From Candidatus Thalassarchaeaceae archaeon (GTDB lineage: Archaea > Thermoplasmatota > Poseidoniia > Poseidoniales > Thalassarchaeaceae): 64,000 nt of DNA. The position numbers and the translations under genes are program-made. Under the pieces are notes generated by a model, which saw only the letters and a program-made list of their open reading frames with translations, did not search any database and was not told the DNA's origin. Positions 40,301 through 48,154 of this stretch are shown in pieces. Location: positions 9,998-73,997 of the forward strand of contig JAPYUP010000004.1 of the NCBI GenBank assembly GCA_029940695.1, given 5' to 3'. Position 1 is the stretch's first letter. Each line of letters opens with the position of its first letter.

Positions 40301-40840
40301 AAACCAGAACGCGAAGAACGCAGAGCCGATTGCCTCTCTCTCGAAGTCTACAAACTGAGCAGTCGCAGCACCGTCGATAATCCCTAATCCTCCAGCGTAG
40401 GACGTTGCAAAATGCAGCCCCACAATAATGGATAGGAAGATGCTTGACTCTTCGAACCGCCTTGATTCTACTAGGTATCCTGTTACCGAACCAACCAAGA
40501 AAAACGTAGCGATGAACGAGTTGTCGAACATTGAATGGTCAAATGTGTTCGCCGCGAACGCGATTGCCAGCAGTCCGATTGACAGGGCCGAAACGCGGAG
40601 GCCTACAGAGGAGTTGAGTCTTAGCCAAGGGGACATTCTGCCAATGCATGCTGAGGCTAGGGCTGCTAGGGGAAGGGTCAGGGAACTGACAAAGTAGTCA
40701 TTGTCGATTGAGCGGCCCTCTATTTGCGAGAGTGCTAGGAAGAGCGTGGTCAGCATCGCAGTGATGGCGATTGGTGAGGCAAGTCCGGGGGGTCGGGGGG
40801 TGTCTTGGGATGCTTCGTTATCGGTTTCCATCACACCCAC
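31340..40840 (-). CDS. aglB: Giant fusion protein (3166 aa): extra N-terminal polytopic membrane block, then an STT3/AglB oligosaccharyltransferase core, then ~2000 aa of extracellular Ig/CarboxypepD_reg-like repeats, then a C-terminal TM anchor
   Basis: EL1-like GGSDPWYMKRVVDYV..FDHDRAYPLGGINPRPPLFSW. The catalytic motif SWWDYGFQ is at nt 37988-38002 (residues 947-951). CarboxypepD_reg-like GTVELEGIGPVPNARILIE...ENGEYSFTVPAGKIRISAF. The C-terminus is GWITYLLLLMLALALWSLTRRTGRRPRAPF. The frame is continuous, with a start at GTG 40840 or ATG 40831. Confidence 0.8.
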   Translation of the reverse strand: MGVMETDNEASQDTPRPPGLASPIAITAMLTTLFLALSQIEGRSIDNDYFVSSLTLPLAALASACIGRMSPWLRLNSSVGLRVSALSIGLLAIAFAANTFDHSMFDNSFIATFFLVGSVTGYLVESRRFEESSIFLSIIVGLHFATSYAGGLGIIDGAATAQFVDFEREAIGSAFFAFWFASIALGITVMIALRGTFENVGSGSMMSVIPTPPHSRETIIYAVLIFVVQLIPLVWLGQIGDIEAFSESRHLGVIWAIFTTVAILLHAFFRAEGWHVIGVLLAVNWMLYTMGHLHEIGNEFPYPLDEGGLIGSSSWFFVGFWLNFFGIMAASRGVFGDIAPQREPSGFRIWWKSNSYGILVGLALVTALTVRTAWNVIPAMNASGTGLWDMTGGSDPWYMKRVVDYVIAERSHLIFDHDRAYPLGGINPRPPLFSWSLALGGLGLSWLLEIPSEQAVWWSVSALPAIYGALIVIPIAGIATRVHSRTAGIISAWLIALMPGHISRSTFAMVDHDSFAMLFLATAFYFWIRALAGLEHKRLFESSSPNPLYLIAGMRESWKQNPVVMANATMSGIAFTIMALGWKGFVYGPGILFLAYSVQVAINIFRGRDSLQFTSAALQMMMTAILLPLPFYGWPGLNLVFAPSGMQPMFYIIGFTFAMGWVASSFRDKPWLLVVISGTALFGTILGALYLLQATDVYDGWDILFTGGFYFSKNKIFGTIGEAQAPSRGVLFASYGPVVALIAIGCGFFLLWRGSRKNKSGLTLLGLWVIIATYMAWTAGRFIINATPAMAVVGGIGIAMLWSRANSSEFVKEWRRSGIGTPRARFRSIWPASKSRPGVPVILIVLLLVTSQHTTYGIDSGIPRGEESAYDVDLAIYDIVPDIFREDFFNIFSVMNSKEYSPDASGLWYMGTFGPSFNSQGWNHAYNWLSEQDSEQGFSERPAFVSWWDYGFQALASGQHPTVADNFQSGIPNSGGMLLSAGQEDTLAMFIVTLAQGDRKFNSQQLGEDFLASLNAHMTPEQVKEFEAILSNNNREFVLNRSMAIIAVYNDVELLHGEQLGSDGLPQIGKVWVVLENGVQVGDPTTNQSEAMSLFNETRASSSQVDTGEPAHYDIGGYRYTKDLIDDYYDISTGLHRNNARLGLLRAFLVTAFDMEALVDIYQGITSIEYEVSDYDSPLGSKVVRNNEIRYFAVDNRLFPLGGSYYDDYEYHRGQTTGIFHAPTRLSGLDMESYISTMYQTQRGDGPIIPRTQAQYEAEYLDDLVRQTSGASSDPSEVIRMIDIDYQHQPEFFETMVARIYVGYGSSTLGIPGDAETPSVWLNPQQTKITGSPGSYLENAFALPGAMMNHFVISNWYDSSECELNETGVKISQLCGTIYDSNRIVKVLKYYSGATVEGTVELEGIGPVPNARILIERDAFSGEEEPDENGSVIDGDGRTFWIPIGHTQANENGEYSFTVPAGKIRISAFSGEPDLESARSSIMASDVGNSMYELFTEHNEQRTVNPITGILGNVSGSTWLSETIVNVSGSDGHSNGQSRIEASITVQPSTATGVLTWSGGLDFDADPVIGSQVVLTPSSDEVTIEPYVALTSNGTVVGQSLEFSGIGQVIFTGEGIAATEGVVTVTDFTGTHTQSIFNNHSMTGEGIFTGKGTLIGELLDSTEALACPDNEIPRDTVVCVLDDGDYLLNGTVNASGRFTADGTSLFSRTLDQATFVGAGTFETDTTQPLTSYGTINGTGMFSGTGIFSGPMVQPGTFHFVDALPGEYDVSIEFSDGTIVGLESNFLIGLNAIQAPVQLSVSGGGIKGNLVDQSGEPLDGSISIFPNNDTAENATMECSQTVAPPCIVVPDDNGAFQIGPIIPGTYIAEVDIDDDGFPEVTQTYSFLPEEDFVATFPSPIPDTSDLSFTLFDGDSPVSDLEISLRPENESMSPVLAIYDSVSNSYRVELSYGIWILNHTLDNDKQLWQRIEVGSDDLSDSFSFQVSHTVNGTVYYSHGEKLETGIFEQVVGNEEIVFQWDGFTLSTTSDREGNFSVILPVDVIVDATIEVLMGVDGFYSNGTRFTVAQDMSDVSLTVVQGAMTSGFVGLNRPGNTYTDAFKDWEPVYVVANNLDGNTDGVWREAVGPDGHFDLILPLGNWTFVLDAGEMGSSTEIEELNSSAIVELELLVYPEENSTVLIDLFVDHYRDNNVSNGTAVRYPFTIQSLEANGAGYEVATDGDEWVSTGRAEISLEPGRYRIVIERANASADEPFDTLYDLNEVFQVGMDPSIIERSVGFEPLWLVNITFRNESDSLLVAQEVVFVDTENGWIQTFLTNEEGRVVEYLPESDWIVIVHEFETSSGVFEGLRRLISVSQVTAGTRAYFRTSELAEVSIILSEDYSGDSLNQMELKFTSQDGLGSFTAESSGFLEIIVIRPTPGMWNVELNQTDNEGVRWVIENTSLIESGVTVGVNHTVDLTVQRLVEMSGNVYWDLNDDEMPGFGEGLSNVSVTIASNLVNLSSGEEVNYSLTTDDNGDWAIYLPSGSAWNVTVESPGFATESVFVTLGESAQAENIEITAGSVEVSGTVSYISDEWIFDGDWDIVLIPAHGIARDRVVPDKVGNEADGWTGEWTASVEPGRWIVYVTVDSPEGDSYLVAVDLLDADVDGGAVDSELSIGGKLFLDTEWLDYDGASLSLSEIDDYDLVIFIGMGMSWSEQLSGDGTLEMLLPTGQIDASSDFEVEQRGRNMSYSGGQGVTIRASQDSPLKTLNLELIPKQDIGISTVGENAVNLELDSSCEAEADCEYSPAEFTLRIDYSGHNPLDTYDIVGTVLGTDGNLWLVEFENESGSWNSTASFEMGLDTAEVIDNFRVRVTPANRSHAHHFEIGHTILVMFSTAGGYSTEHSLSVTVPKFSGFDLTGDFVDTTYFSPDEKHLEIQIPFQNLGNSDEFLSFDYQSPENWDLGGPQGQPVSPFSEGITTLALSYTGEEEEQLLEYTIDFTVSDTDNNSYTYQISLLRDSPALSIHGSTIQLQGGGNPAVGQKTTYVVEVVNEGHVIAKDVTLRATLCVDIKCTSITGVNSTAVSDIPEQGTSAFYIPMDFSNFTTPNKYYILFEIIPPGFNDEDDLKACGTEGAEGESVCVKEAQLWSEAEEGVLGWITYLLLLMLALALWSLTRRTGRRPRAPF

Positions 40841-40891
40841 CAGAACACGTAGCCAAAGGCTCAGCAGCGCGGCGACCTGAACGCTTGTTTT

Positions 40892-40910
40892 AACCGTTCG
40901 TAGAACGGTT
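40892..40910. promoter_or_regulatory. Perfect 8-bp hairpin/palindrome between the purD stop and the aglB-fusion start
   Basis: aaccgttc-gta-gaacggtt. It overlaps the TTTAACCGT 9-mer (40889-40897), which also occurs upstream of the beta-helix gene (30023-30031). Confidence 0.3.
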
Positions 40911-40941
40911 GCGGAAACAAGGGGTTAGAATAGGTTCCTTG

Positions 40942-42216
40942 TCATCTCGACAGCGCACGGTATCCGATATCCGAACGGTAATGCGAACCATCGAGTTCGA
41001 TGCCATCTATTATCTGGTAGGAAGACTCGACTGCCTCCTCTAGAGTAGGGGCAATGCCAGTCGCGGAAAGGACTCTGCCACCGTTGGAAAGAAGCTCTCC
41101 GTCTTCTCCGGTAATGGCACCAGAGAGATGTACGAACGCACTGACCTGTCCCTCTTCGATACGTGCATCCCATCCGGAGATTGGCCTGCCAGTTGCAGGG
41201 GTGTTCGGGTAGCCCTCAGATGCGAGTACGACGGTGGCAGCTTTGAGATTATGGAACTCGACCTCAGTCTCGGCTAGCAATCCCTCAGCCGCAGCTAGTA
41301 GGGTCAGCCCTAGGTCAGAGGCGATGAGCGGGATTGTGACCTGGGCTTCTGGGTCTCCCAGCCTGACATTGAACTCCACCACACTCGGCGACCCATTGTG
41401 ATCGATCATGAGCCCGACGTAGAGGCACCCCCGATACGGCGTGTCCTCGCTCCGCAAGTGATGGTGCATTGGCTCGACAATTTCCTCCGTGACCCTCCTC
41501 ATCACGGCTGGTGTAACGACTGGGGCGGGAGCATACGCACCCATCCCTCCGGTGTTTGGTCCGATGTCACCATCACCCACACGTTTGTGGTCCTGACTGG
41601 CTGGGAGGATGATGTAGCCTGACTCATCCATCATGATGAGGACAGAGGCCTCCTCTCCCGAGAGATGCTCCTCCAGTAGCACGAACCCGTCAGATTCGAG
41701 AGATTTTCGAAGTGCCCCCTCAGCGACTCCCCTCATGGAAGTCACAGTCACTCCCTTGCCGCCAGCTAGGATGTCTCTCTTAACGACCCAAGGGGGCTCG
41801 AATGCATCTAGCGAGGGTTCAACCTCTCTGGGGTTCTCGACGACGATGAAATCGCCAGTTGGAATGCCCAGGGATTTCATGACTCTCTTGGCGTGGAGCT
41901 TTGACCCCTCCAATTTCGCGCCACCGGAGTGAGGGCCAAAGCAAGGGATCGATGCGTCCCTCAGTCGTTCCGCCAGTCCTTCGACGAGGGGGGCCTCGGG
42001 GCCCACGACGACCAAGCCAACGTCGAGTTTGACTGCGAGGTCAACCAAGCCGCCTATGTCAGTGGAACTGACCTCGTGATTCGTACCGACCATGGACGTG
42101 CCGGCATTTCCTGGAGAAGAGTGAACAGAAGCCACTGAATCGCTCTGGGAAAGGCCGATGGCCAGTGCGTGCTCTCGGCCGCCGCCACCGATGATGAGGA
42201 CGCCCATGCCGACCAT
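40942..42216 (-). CDS. purD: Phosphoribosylamine--glycine ligase
   Basis: GVLIIGGGGREHALA N-terminus with an ATP-grasp core. The 424-aa length is typical. Confidence 0.92.
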   Translation of the reverse strand: MVGMGVLIIGGGGREHALAIGLSQSDSVASVHSSPGNAGTSMVGTNHEVSSTDIGGLVDLAVKLDVGLVVVGPEAPLVEGLAERLRDASIPCFGPHSGGAKLEGSKLHAKRVMKSLGIPTGDFIVVENPREVEPSLDAFEPPWVVKRDILAGGKGVTVTSMRGVAEGALRKSLESDGFVLLEEHLSGEEASVLIMMDESGYIILPASQDHKRVGDGDIGPNTGGMGAYAPAPVVTPAVMRRVTEEIVEPMHHHLRSEDTPYRGCLYVGLMIDHNGSPSVVEFNVRLGDPEAQVTIPLIASDLGLTLLAAAEGLLAETEVEFHNLKAATVVLASEGYPNTPATGRPISGWDARIEEGQVSAFVHLSGAITGEDGELLSNGGRVLSATGIAPTLEEAVESSYQIIDGIELDGSHYRSDIGYRALSR

Positions 42217-42268
42217 GCTGTTGCGCTTGTGCTTGGCACGATAATGGATTCCTAAGACTTCAATCGGC

Positions 42269-42985
42269 TCAGTACGGGACGGACTTCAGGCCGAGGCTAT
42301 ATCCGAGGAGGTTGAATGCTCGATGAATAACCGGGGTGATGAGCAGCAGTATTGCCATCCCCATCACCAGATCCGAGCTGCCAACGATAGACGGGTCCAG
42401 CAATAACTGGCCGAAAAGGAAGGTGGAAATAGCGAATGGGAGGGTGTCGAGCAGTGGTGCCTCGGAGCTCTCGTCGCCTTCCCTCTTGTGCCCGAGACGA
42501 CGCTTGACGAAAGAGCCAGCAGAATCGCCGACCATGCAACCAAAACCCAGCACGCATCCAAGCACGAAAACTGCCCCCCATTCGCCACCAAGCCAGAACC
42601 AGGCATCCGAAGTAACCCCTGTCATCGGATCGATGAAGGGGGCATCCGAGTCTTCACTACCCTTGGAAAGGGCGTGAGTGAGCATGCCGAGCAGCCCACC
42701 ACCCAAAGTTCCGCCAACTAGGCCGTTCCAAGTCTTCCCATCCCCTAGGAGCCTGTTACCATCGCCATGCACCCTCTCCCCGTCTATGGGCTTCACAGCC
42801 ATTCCGGTCATTTCCGGAATCCACTTGCCACCAAGCATCGCGGTGGTATTAGAGAGGTATCCCGGAAGATAGAGCCACAGTACTAGCAAGGGCGCGATTA
42901 AGGGGCTGTACTCAGAAGCCATCGGGTTGAGCACGCCGCTTGGGCGGTTGAACTTTCGCACACCACGAAACGAGATTGAGTCCAT
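42269..42985 (-). CDS. carS: CDP-archaeol synthase (CDP-2,3-bis-O-geranylgeranyl-sn-glycerol synthase, DUF46)
   Basis: LYLPGYLSNTTAMLGG, LGDGKTWNGLVGG and GSFVKRRLG...PLLDTLPF match the CarS pattern. The true start is probably the ATG at 42922 (MASEYSPL...). Confidence 0.8.
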   Translation of the reverse strand: MDSISFRGVRKFNRPSGVLNPMASEYSPLIAPLLVLWLYLPGYLSNTTAMLGGKWIPEMTGMAVKPIDGERVHGDGNRLLGDGKTWNGLVGGTLGGGLLGMLTHALSKGSEDSDAPFIDPMTGVTSDAWFWLGGEWGAVFVLGCVLGFGCMVGDSAGSFVKRRLGHKREGDESSEAPLLDTLPFAISTFLFGQLLLDPSIVGSSDLVMGMAILLLITPVIHRAFNLLGYSLGLKSVPY

Positions 42986-43035
42986 TGATTCGCGGACATG
43001 CCGCCGTGATGTTCATTGCCCCCACAGCCAGCCGA

Positions 43036-44775
43036 ATGACAATGAACGGCAGAAGCGCCCTAGTGGTTTGCATGGTTCTAATCTCAGCTGGGATTGTTCT
43101 ACCATCTGGTGCATTGGCTGAGAGTGGGGAGGATATCCTAATCGAATCTGACATGACTTGGGGGCAGGACATGACCCTGTCACAGAATGTCAGAGTCATC
43201 AACGGTGGATCTCTGACCTTCTCGAACGCCCAAGTCACCCTAGAGACTGGAGTGGATATCTACGTAGGCCCAACTTCTTCAATCACGATAGATAACTCAG
43301 GATTGGTGGCTGCAGATCCACCTGGTGGACTAGTTGGCTATGGCTACTGTGATGAGGGCAATCGTTCAGGAATCGGGGTAGAATGGCCAGATCCTGGAAG
43401 GCGACTTGAAGTCGTACTAACTGCGATTGAACCATCAAGCCTAGATGGGGTCACGGCATACTTTGGGGATGATTCTGAGTCCCTGAGTGGAGCAGAGGAC
43501 TCTATCGTTTTCGATTTGGGGACGGAGGGTGAAATTTGGATCGATTTGGTTGGGCCATTTTGCTACCCACCTTCTCTGAGTGATGTAAGTGTGAAAAGAG
43601 CAAATTCGGGAGTCTCGGATTGTCAAGGTTGTCAATCGGGAAGCGCTGCCGACTTCGAGCACAGGAACATGATGGTCCACGGGGATCCCGGGTTCACCGT
43701 GACGATCGAAGGAGAAATGCGAGCAAATGGCTCGAGACTAGTTGGCGGGAAGATTACCAATGCAGGACAAATGTCGATCAATGACACGTCATTGGATAGA
43801 GTTGGCCCAGTCATACTGACCACGGACGATGCCTCGATTTTCATTTCAGGGACCACTGACTTCACCAACAGCACTGACGACCATGATGTCAGGGCAAGGG
43901 CCCACAGCTCAATAGAATGGGGAGAGGATGTAAGCGGGTCCGGCGGACTCACCGACAAATGGGAAAGGAGGCTTGCAGGACAGCGCCTCAGTTTCGAAGC
44001 CAGATACGTCACATACGAGATAACTGGAATGCACAGTCCACCATCCTACAGTAGCTTCAGCGACGAGAACGGGGTTTCCTACGTCAATGGGGGTGATGAG
44101 AGGGTGGTCGAAATCGCCTGGTCCGATGACAACACATGGGAAGATGGGCTCATTTGGACCGAGCAGGCTGTCGTGACGATACAGAGCTACAGGACGGCTT
44201 GGAATCCGGAGAACTCGGAAATCGGAAACTACGGTGGAGGGGGATTTCCCCTGACATGGCAGGCTGAGATAATCGTCGACCAAGCAACTCCCAACATTCA
44301 ATGGACCTCACTGCAGGGTGTGCGGGATGGCAATTCCACCTACACTGCCACTCTAGGAGAGTCCTTGGCCATTGAGGCCGTAATTACAAACACGGGCACC
44401 GCAGCAGCGATCCTTGCCATAGATTGCAATGTCACCAGTACGGGAATCGCAGCGGAGATGTCCCCGACTTGGCCCAATGCAATGATAGGGGCGGGGGGCG
44501 AGGAAACCATCCACTTCAGCTGGAGGACGTCCAATACCGGGGAGGACAGTCTGACTTGTCGTGTCCTGACTCCTACTCAACTCGTCGACGATCTATCCTT
44601 TGGGGGTGGGGAGATCACTAGCGGAGCGATAACTTGGGAGGAGGCCGGCGAAGAGGAGGGACTGCCTTACATCCTACCAATCATGCTGGCGCTGGTAGTG
44701 GGAATCGCAATCGCGGGATTCGTAGCCGTCTATAGGATGAACGAAATCGATGAGGAAGGCCGTTCGCCGGAGTAA
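43036..44775 (+). CDS. Surface protein with a signal peptide, a beta-helix-cap-like N-terminus, a CARDB-like domain and a C-terminal TM anchor
   Basis: MTMNGRSALVVCMVLISAGIVLPSGALA signal, ESLAIEAVITNTGTAAAILAIDCNVT (CARDB-like), and the TM helix LPYILPIMLALVVGIAIAGFVAVY. An internal ATG was chosen over the ORF-track start at 42976, which overlaps carS. Confidence 0.6.
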   Translation: MTMNGRSALVVCMVLISAGIVLPSGALAESGEDILIESDMTWGQDMTLSQNVRVINGGSLTFSNAQVTLETGVDIYVGPTSSITIDNSGLVAADPPGGLVGYGYCDEGNRSGIGVEWPDPGRRLEVVLTAIEPSSLDGVTAYFGDDSESLSGAEDSIVFDLGTEGEIWIDLVGPFCYPPSLSDVSVKRANSGVSDCQGCQSGSAADFEHRNMMVHGDPGFTVTIEGEMRANGSRLVGGKITNAGQMSINDTSLDRVGPVILTTDDASIFISGTTDFTNSTDDHDVRARAHSSIEWGEDVSGSGGLTDKWERRLAGQRLSFEARYVTYEITGMHSPPSYSSFSDENGVSYVNGGDERVVEIAWSDDNTWEDGLIWTEQAVVTIQSYRTAWNPENSEIGNYGGGGFPLTWQAEIIVDQATPNIQWTSLQGVRDGNSTYTATLGESLAIEAVITNTGTAAAILAIDCNVTSTGIAAEMSPTWPNAMIGAGGEETIHFSWRTSNTGEDSLTCRVLTPTQLVDDLSFGGGEITSGAITWEEAGEEEGLPYILPIMLALVVGIAIAGFVAVYRMNEIDEEGRSPE

Positions 44776-46167
<1,392 letters not shown>

Positions 46168-46239
46168 TCATCGGACGCCCCGGCGAGCAGAGGCCCCCTT
46201 TTCAATGGTTGCAGATGGCAATCATCCCGTGAAGGTCAG

Positions 46240-47586
46240 TCATGAAAACAGATGGCGTTCAGCAATCTCAGCGACCTTCTGCTCTGCCCCAGGGAGAGTC
46301 ATGATGTATACGGCATCTTGGATGACCTGCCGCTTCCTAAGGGCCTCGGCCAAAGGGGTCAGTTCGCGCAGCCATCGGATCCTACCATCGTCGCCGGCCA
46401 CCCTGATGTCTACTTGGGCCATCCTAGGCTCGGACATGAGGAGCTTTACGCTAGGGACGTCGATTGCAACATAGCCCGGTTCCACTCCCGCTCGGTAGGC
46501 AATTTCGTCTTCGAGGGCCCTCCTCGAGTCAGAGTCATTGGCTAGTGCCACCAATCGATTGACTTGGTCCTCGGTCAGTTCTTGCATACGACGACTCAAG
46601 CAGACCTTGAGCAACTTGCGGTACTTCAGTCTCCTGATTATGTCCTGGGCGTACCCCCCGGCATCGTGCAGATCACCCCAAATCTCGGCATCGACCCGTC
46701 GTTGGAGGTCGAGTGGCTCGGGTAAGGTTCCGCCGCTTCTTTCGACAGCTCTTGATAGCATAACCTCAGTCACTCTCGTGACCCTGTGGAAATAGACTGC
46801 GCTGTACATCAACCCCCTTGCAGCGAGCATGCCCTCTAAGGATGAAAGACCACCTTCCTCGACAACGATGTCCCCGCCTTGGTTCCGAAGACACTCGATA
46901 AGCCTGTGGTGGTCCACTATCCCATGCTTCACACCGGTGAAATGCGAATCTCGCAGCAGGTAATCCAACTGGTCACAGTCCACGGGACCATGGATTAGGT
47001 GAGCCATGGTATGGTCGCTGCCGGAAAAATCACCCCTGCCCTCTGTCCAACTGAGGAGTGATCTCTCTGTTCCAGATGCGTCTGGACCACGTATCAAAGA
47101 AGCGATTTCATTGGGATCTAGCCCATGACGAGTGAGGATGTCAGGAATTGCCTCCCTGTTATTGACTGAGCTCTCCTCACCTTCAACCAACACGTCATAC
47201 TCGCCCAGAATTATGCCCTCCGTAACTGACATGTGGTCCATCCCGCCCCTCTCCAGAAGAATGTGCTCAAGCGTGTGTGAGTAGGGTCCGTGGCCCACGT
47301 CATGGAGCAGTGCGGCGACCTCAACGGTCGTCTTCTCGTGCATGTCCAATTCGAGGGACTCTGCCATCAGACCCGCTATGTGCGAAGCCCCCAGAGAATG
47401 CTCGAACCTAGTGTGATGCGCCCCTGGAAAGACTAGGTGGGCGAGTCCGAGTTGCTTGATGTGGCTGAGTTTGTTCAACTCAGGTGTGCCAAGGAGATCC
47501 TGTGTGACGCCCTCTAGCTTGAACTGGCCATGGATAGCGTCGTTGATGACCTTCACCTTAGCACCGCAACCATTGCAAGGGGCCAT
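46240..47586 (-). CDS. HD-domain phosphohydrolase (COG1078, SAMHD1/dNTPase-like) with an N-terminal zinc-ribbon-like CxxC
   Basis: HTRFEHSLGASHIAG, LLHDVGHGPYSH, DQLDYLLRDSHFTG, and the N-terminal MAPCNGCGAKV. Confidence 0.8.
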   Translation of the reverse strand: MAPCNGCGAKVKVINDAIHGQFKLEGVTQDLLGTPELNKLSHIKQLGLAHLVFPGAHHTRFEHSLGASHIAGLMAESLELDMHEKTTVEVAALLHDVGHGPYSHTLEHILLERGGMDHMSVTEGIILGEYDVLVEGEESSVNNREAIPDILTRHGLDPNEIASLIRGPDASGTERSLLSWTEGRGDFSGSDHTMAHLIHGPVDCDQLDYLLRDSHFTGVKHGIVDHHRLIECLRNQGGDIVVEEGGLSSLEGMLAARGLMYSAVYFHRVTRVTEVMLSRAVERSGGTLPEPLDLQRRVDAEIWGDLHDAGGYAQDIIRRLKYRKLLKVCLSRRMQELTEDQVNRLVALANDSDSRRALEDEIAYRAGVEPGYVAIDVPSVKLLMSEPRMAQVDIRVAGDDGRIRWLRELTPLAEALRKRQVIQDAVYIMTLPGAEQKVAEIAERHLFS

Positions 47587-47598
47587 GTGCCTTGAATC

Positions 47599-47675
47599 GC
47601 TCCGTGCGGAGCAGCATCGTAAGTATTGAGTTAGATGTACAATTAATTGTAATGCAATTGCATTTCAAATGCAAT
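47599..47675. promoter_or_regulatory. Palindrome cluster (candidate operators and AT-rich promoter core) between the divergent HD and RHH genes
   Basis: GCTCCG-TG-CGGAGC (47599-47612). A perfect 14-bp palindrome TACAATTAATTGTA (47638-47651). A perfect 14-bp palindrome AATGCAATTGCATT (47651-47664). A further direct AATGCAAT copy at 47668-47675. Confidence 0.5.
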
Positions 47676-47721
47676 ACGATTAAGTGCCCCTCCCCATCTC
47701 AAGGCTCAGGAGGAACTCGAA

Positions 47722-48093
47722 GTGGCCGGCGTCAGTCCCATGGTTTCGCTAAGGATTCCAGAGGATCACCTGCTGGAACTAAACAGACTTGTGGGATTCG
47801 ACGGGATGAGGAACAGGTCGGATGTAATCAGGGAGGCAGTACGCCGACTTCTAGCATCCCCGCTGCCAGGACAAGGAGACCGGGTCGAAGTCGATCTCGG
47901 TCCCGATTTGACCGCCAGTCTTCGCGGCTACTGTAAGCTCGTGGGAGAATCTGCGGAGGTCGTGCTTCGACAGTCCGCTCGTGAGCACATCCGAAAGGAG
48001 TTGGCGCAGGGGGCCGTGTTTGAGGAACTCCTCGCGAAACGCATGGATGAACTGCGTTCTCAATATGATGACGATTCAAACGCTCTGAGGTGA
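47722..48093 (+). CDS. Ribbon-helix-helix (CopG/NikR-like) DNA-binding protein
   Basis: MVSLRIPEDHLLELNRLVGFDGMRNRSDVIREAVRRLL fits the beta-strand/helix/helix RHH pattern. The start is GTG at 47722 (a GGAGG lies ~9 nt upstream) or ATG at 47740. Confidence 0.6.
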   Translation: MAGVSPMVSLRIPEDHLLELNRLVGFDGMRNRSDVIREAVRRLLASPLPGQGDRVEVDLGPDLTASLRGYCKLVGESAEVVLRQSAREHIRKELAQGAVFEELLAKRMDELRSQYDDDSNALR

Positions 48094-48129
48094 GAGATTG
48101 AGCGAGGATGGGATGCACACAAACAACAC

Positions 48130-48154
48130 GGGGGGGCGGCAAAACCGCCCCCCC
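48130..48154. other. Very stable GC hairpin (10-bp perfect stem) inside a 288-nt ORF-poor spacer
   Basis: gggggggcgg-caaaa-ccgccccccc. On the minus strand the hairpin is followed by GTGTTGTTTGTGTG (U-rich in RNA). On the plus strand it lies 37 nt after the RHH stop. Confidence 0.4.

Noticed and set aside
48064-48090. C/D-box-like pattern ATGATGA-N13-CTGA at the end of the RHH ORF.
   Set aside because: No C' box or terminal D box is found at the required spacing downstream. It lies inside coding sequence, and RUGAUGA plus CUGA co-occur by chance frequently.
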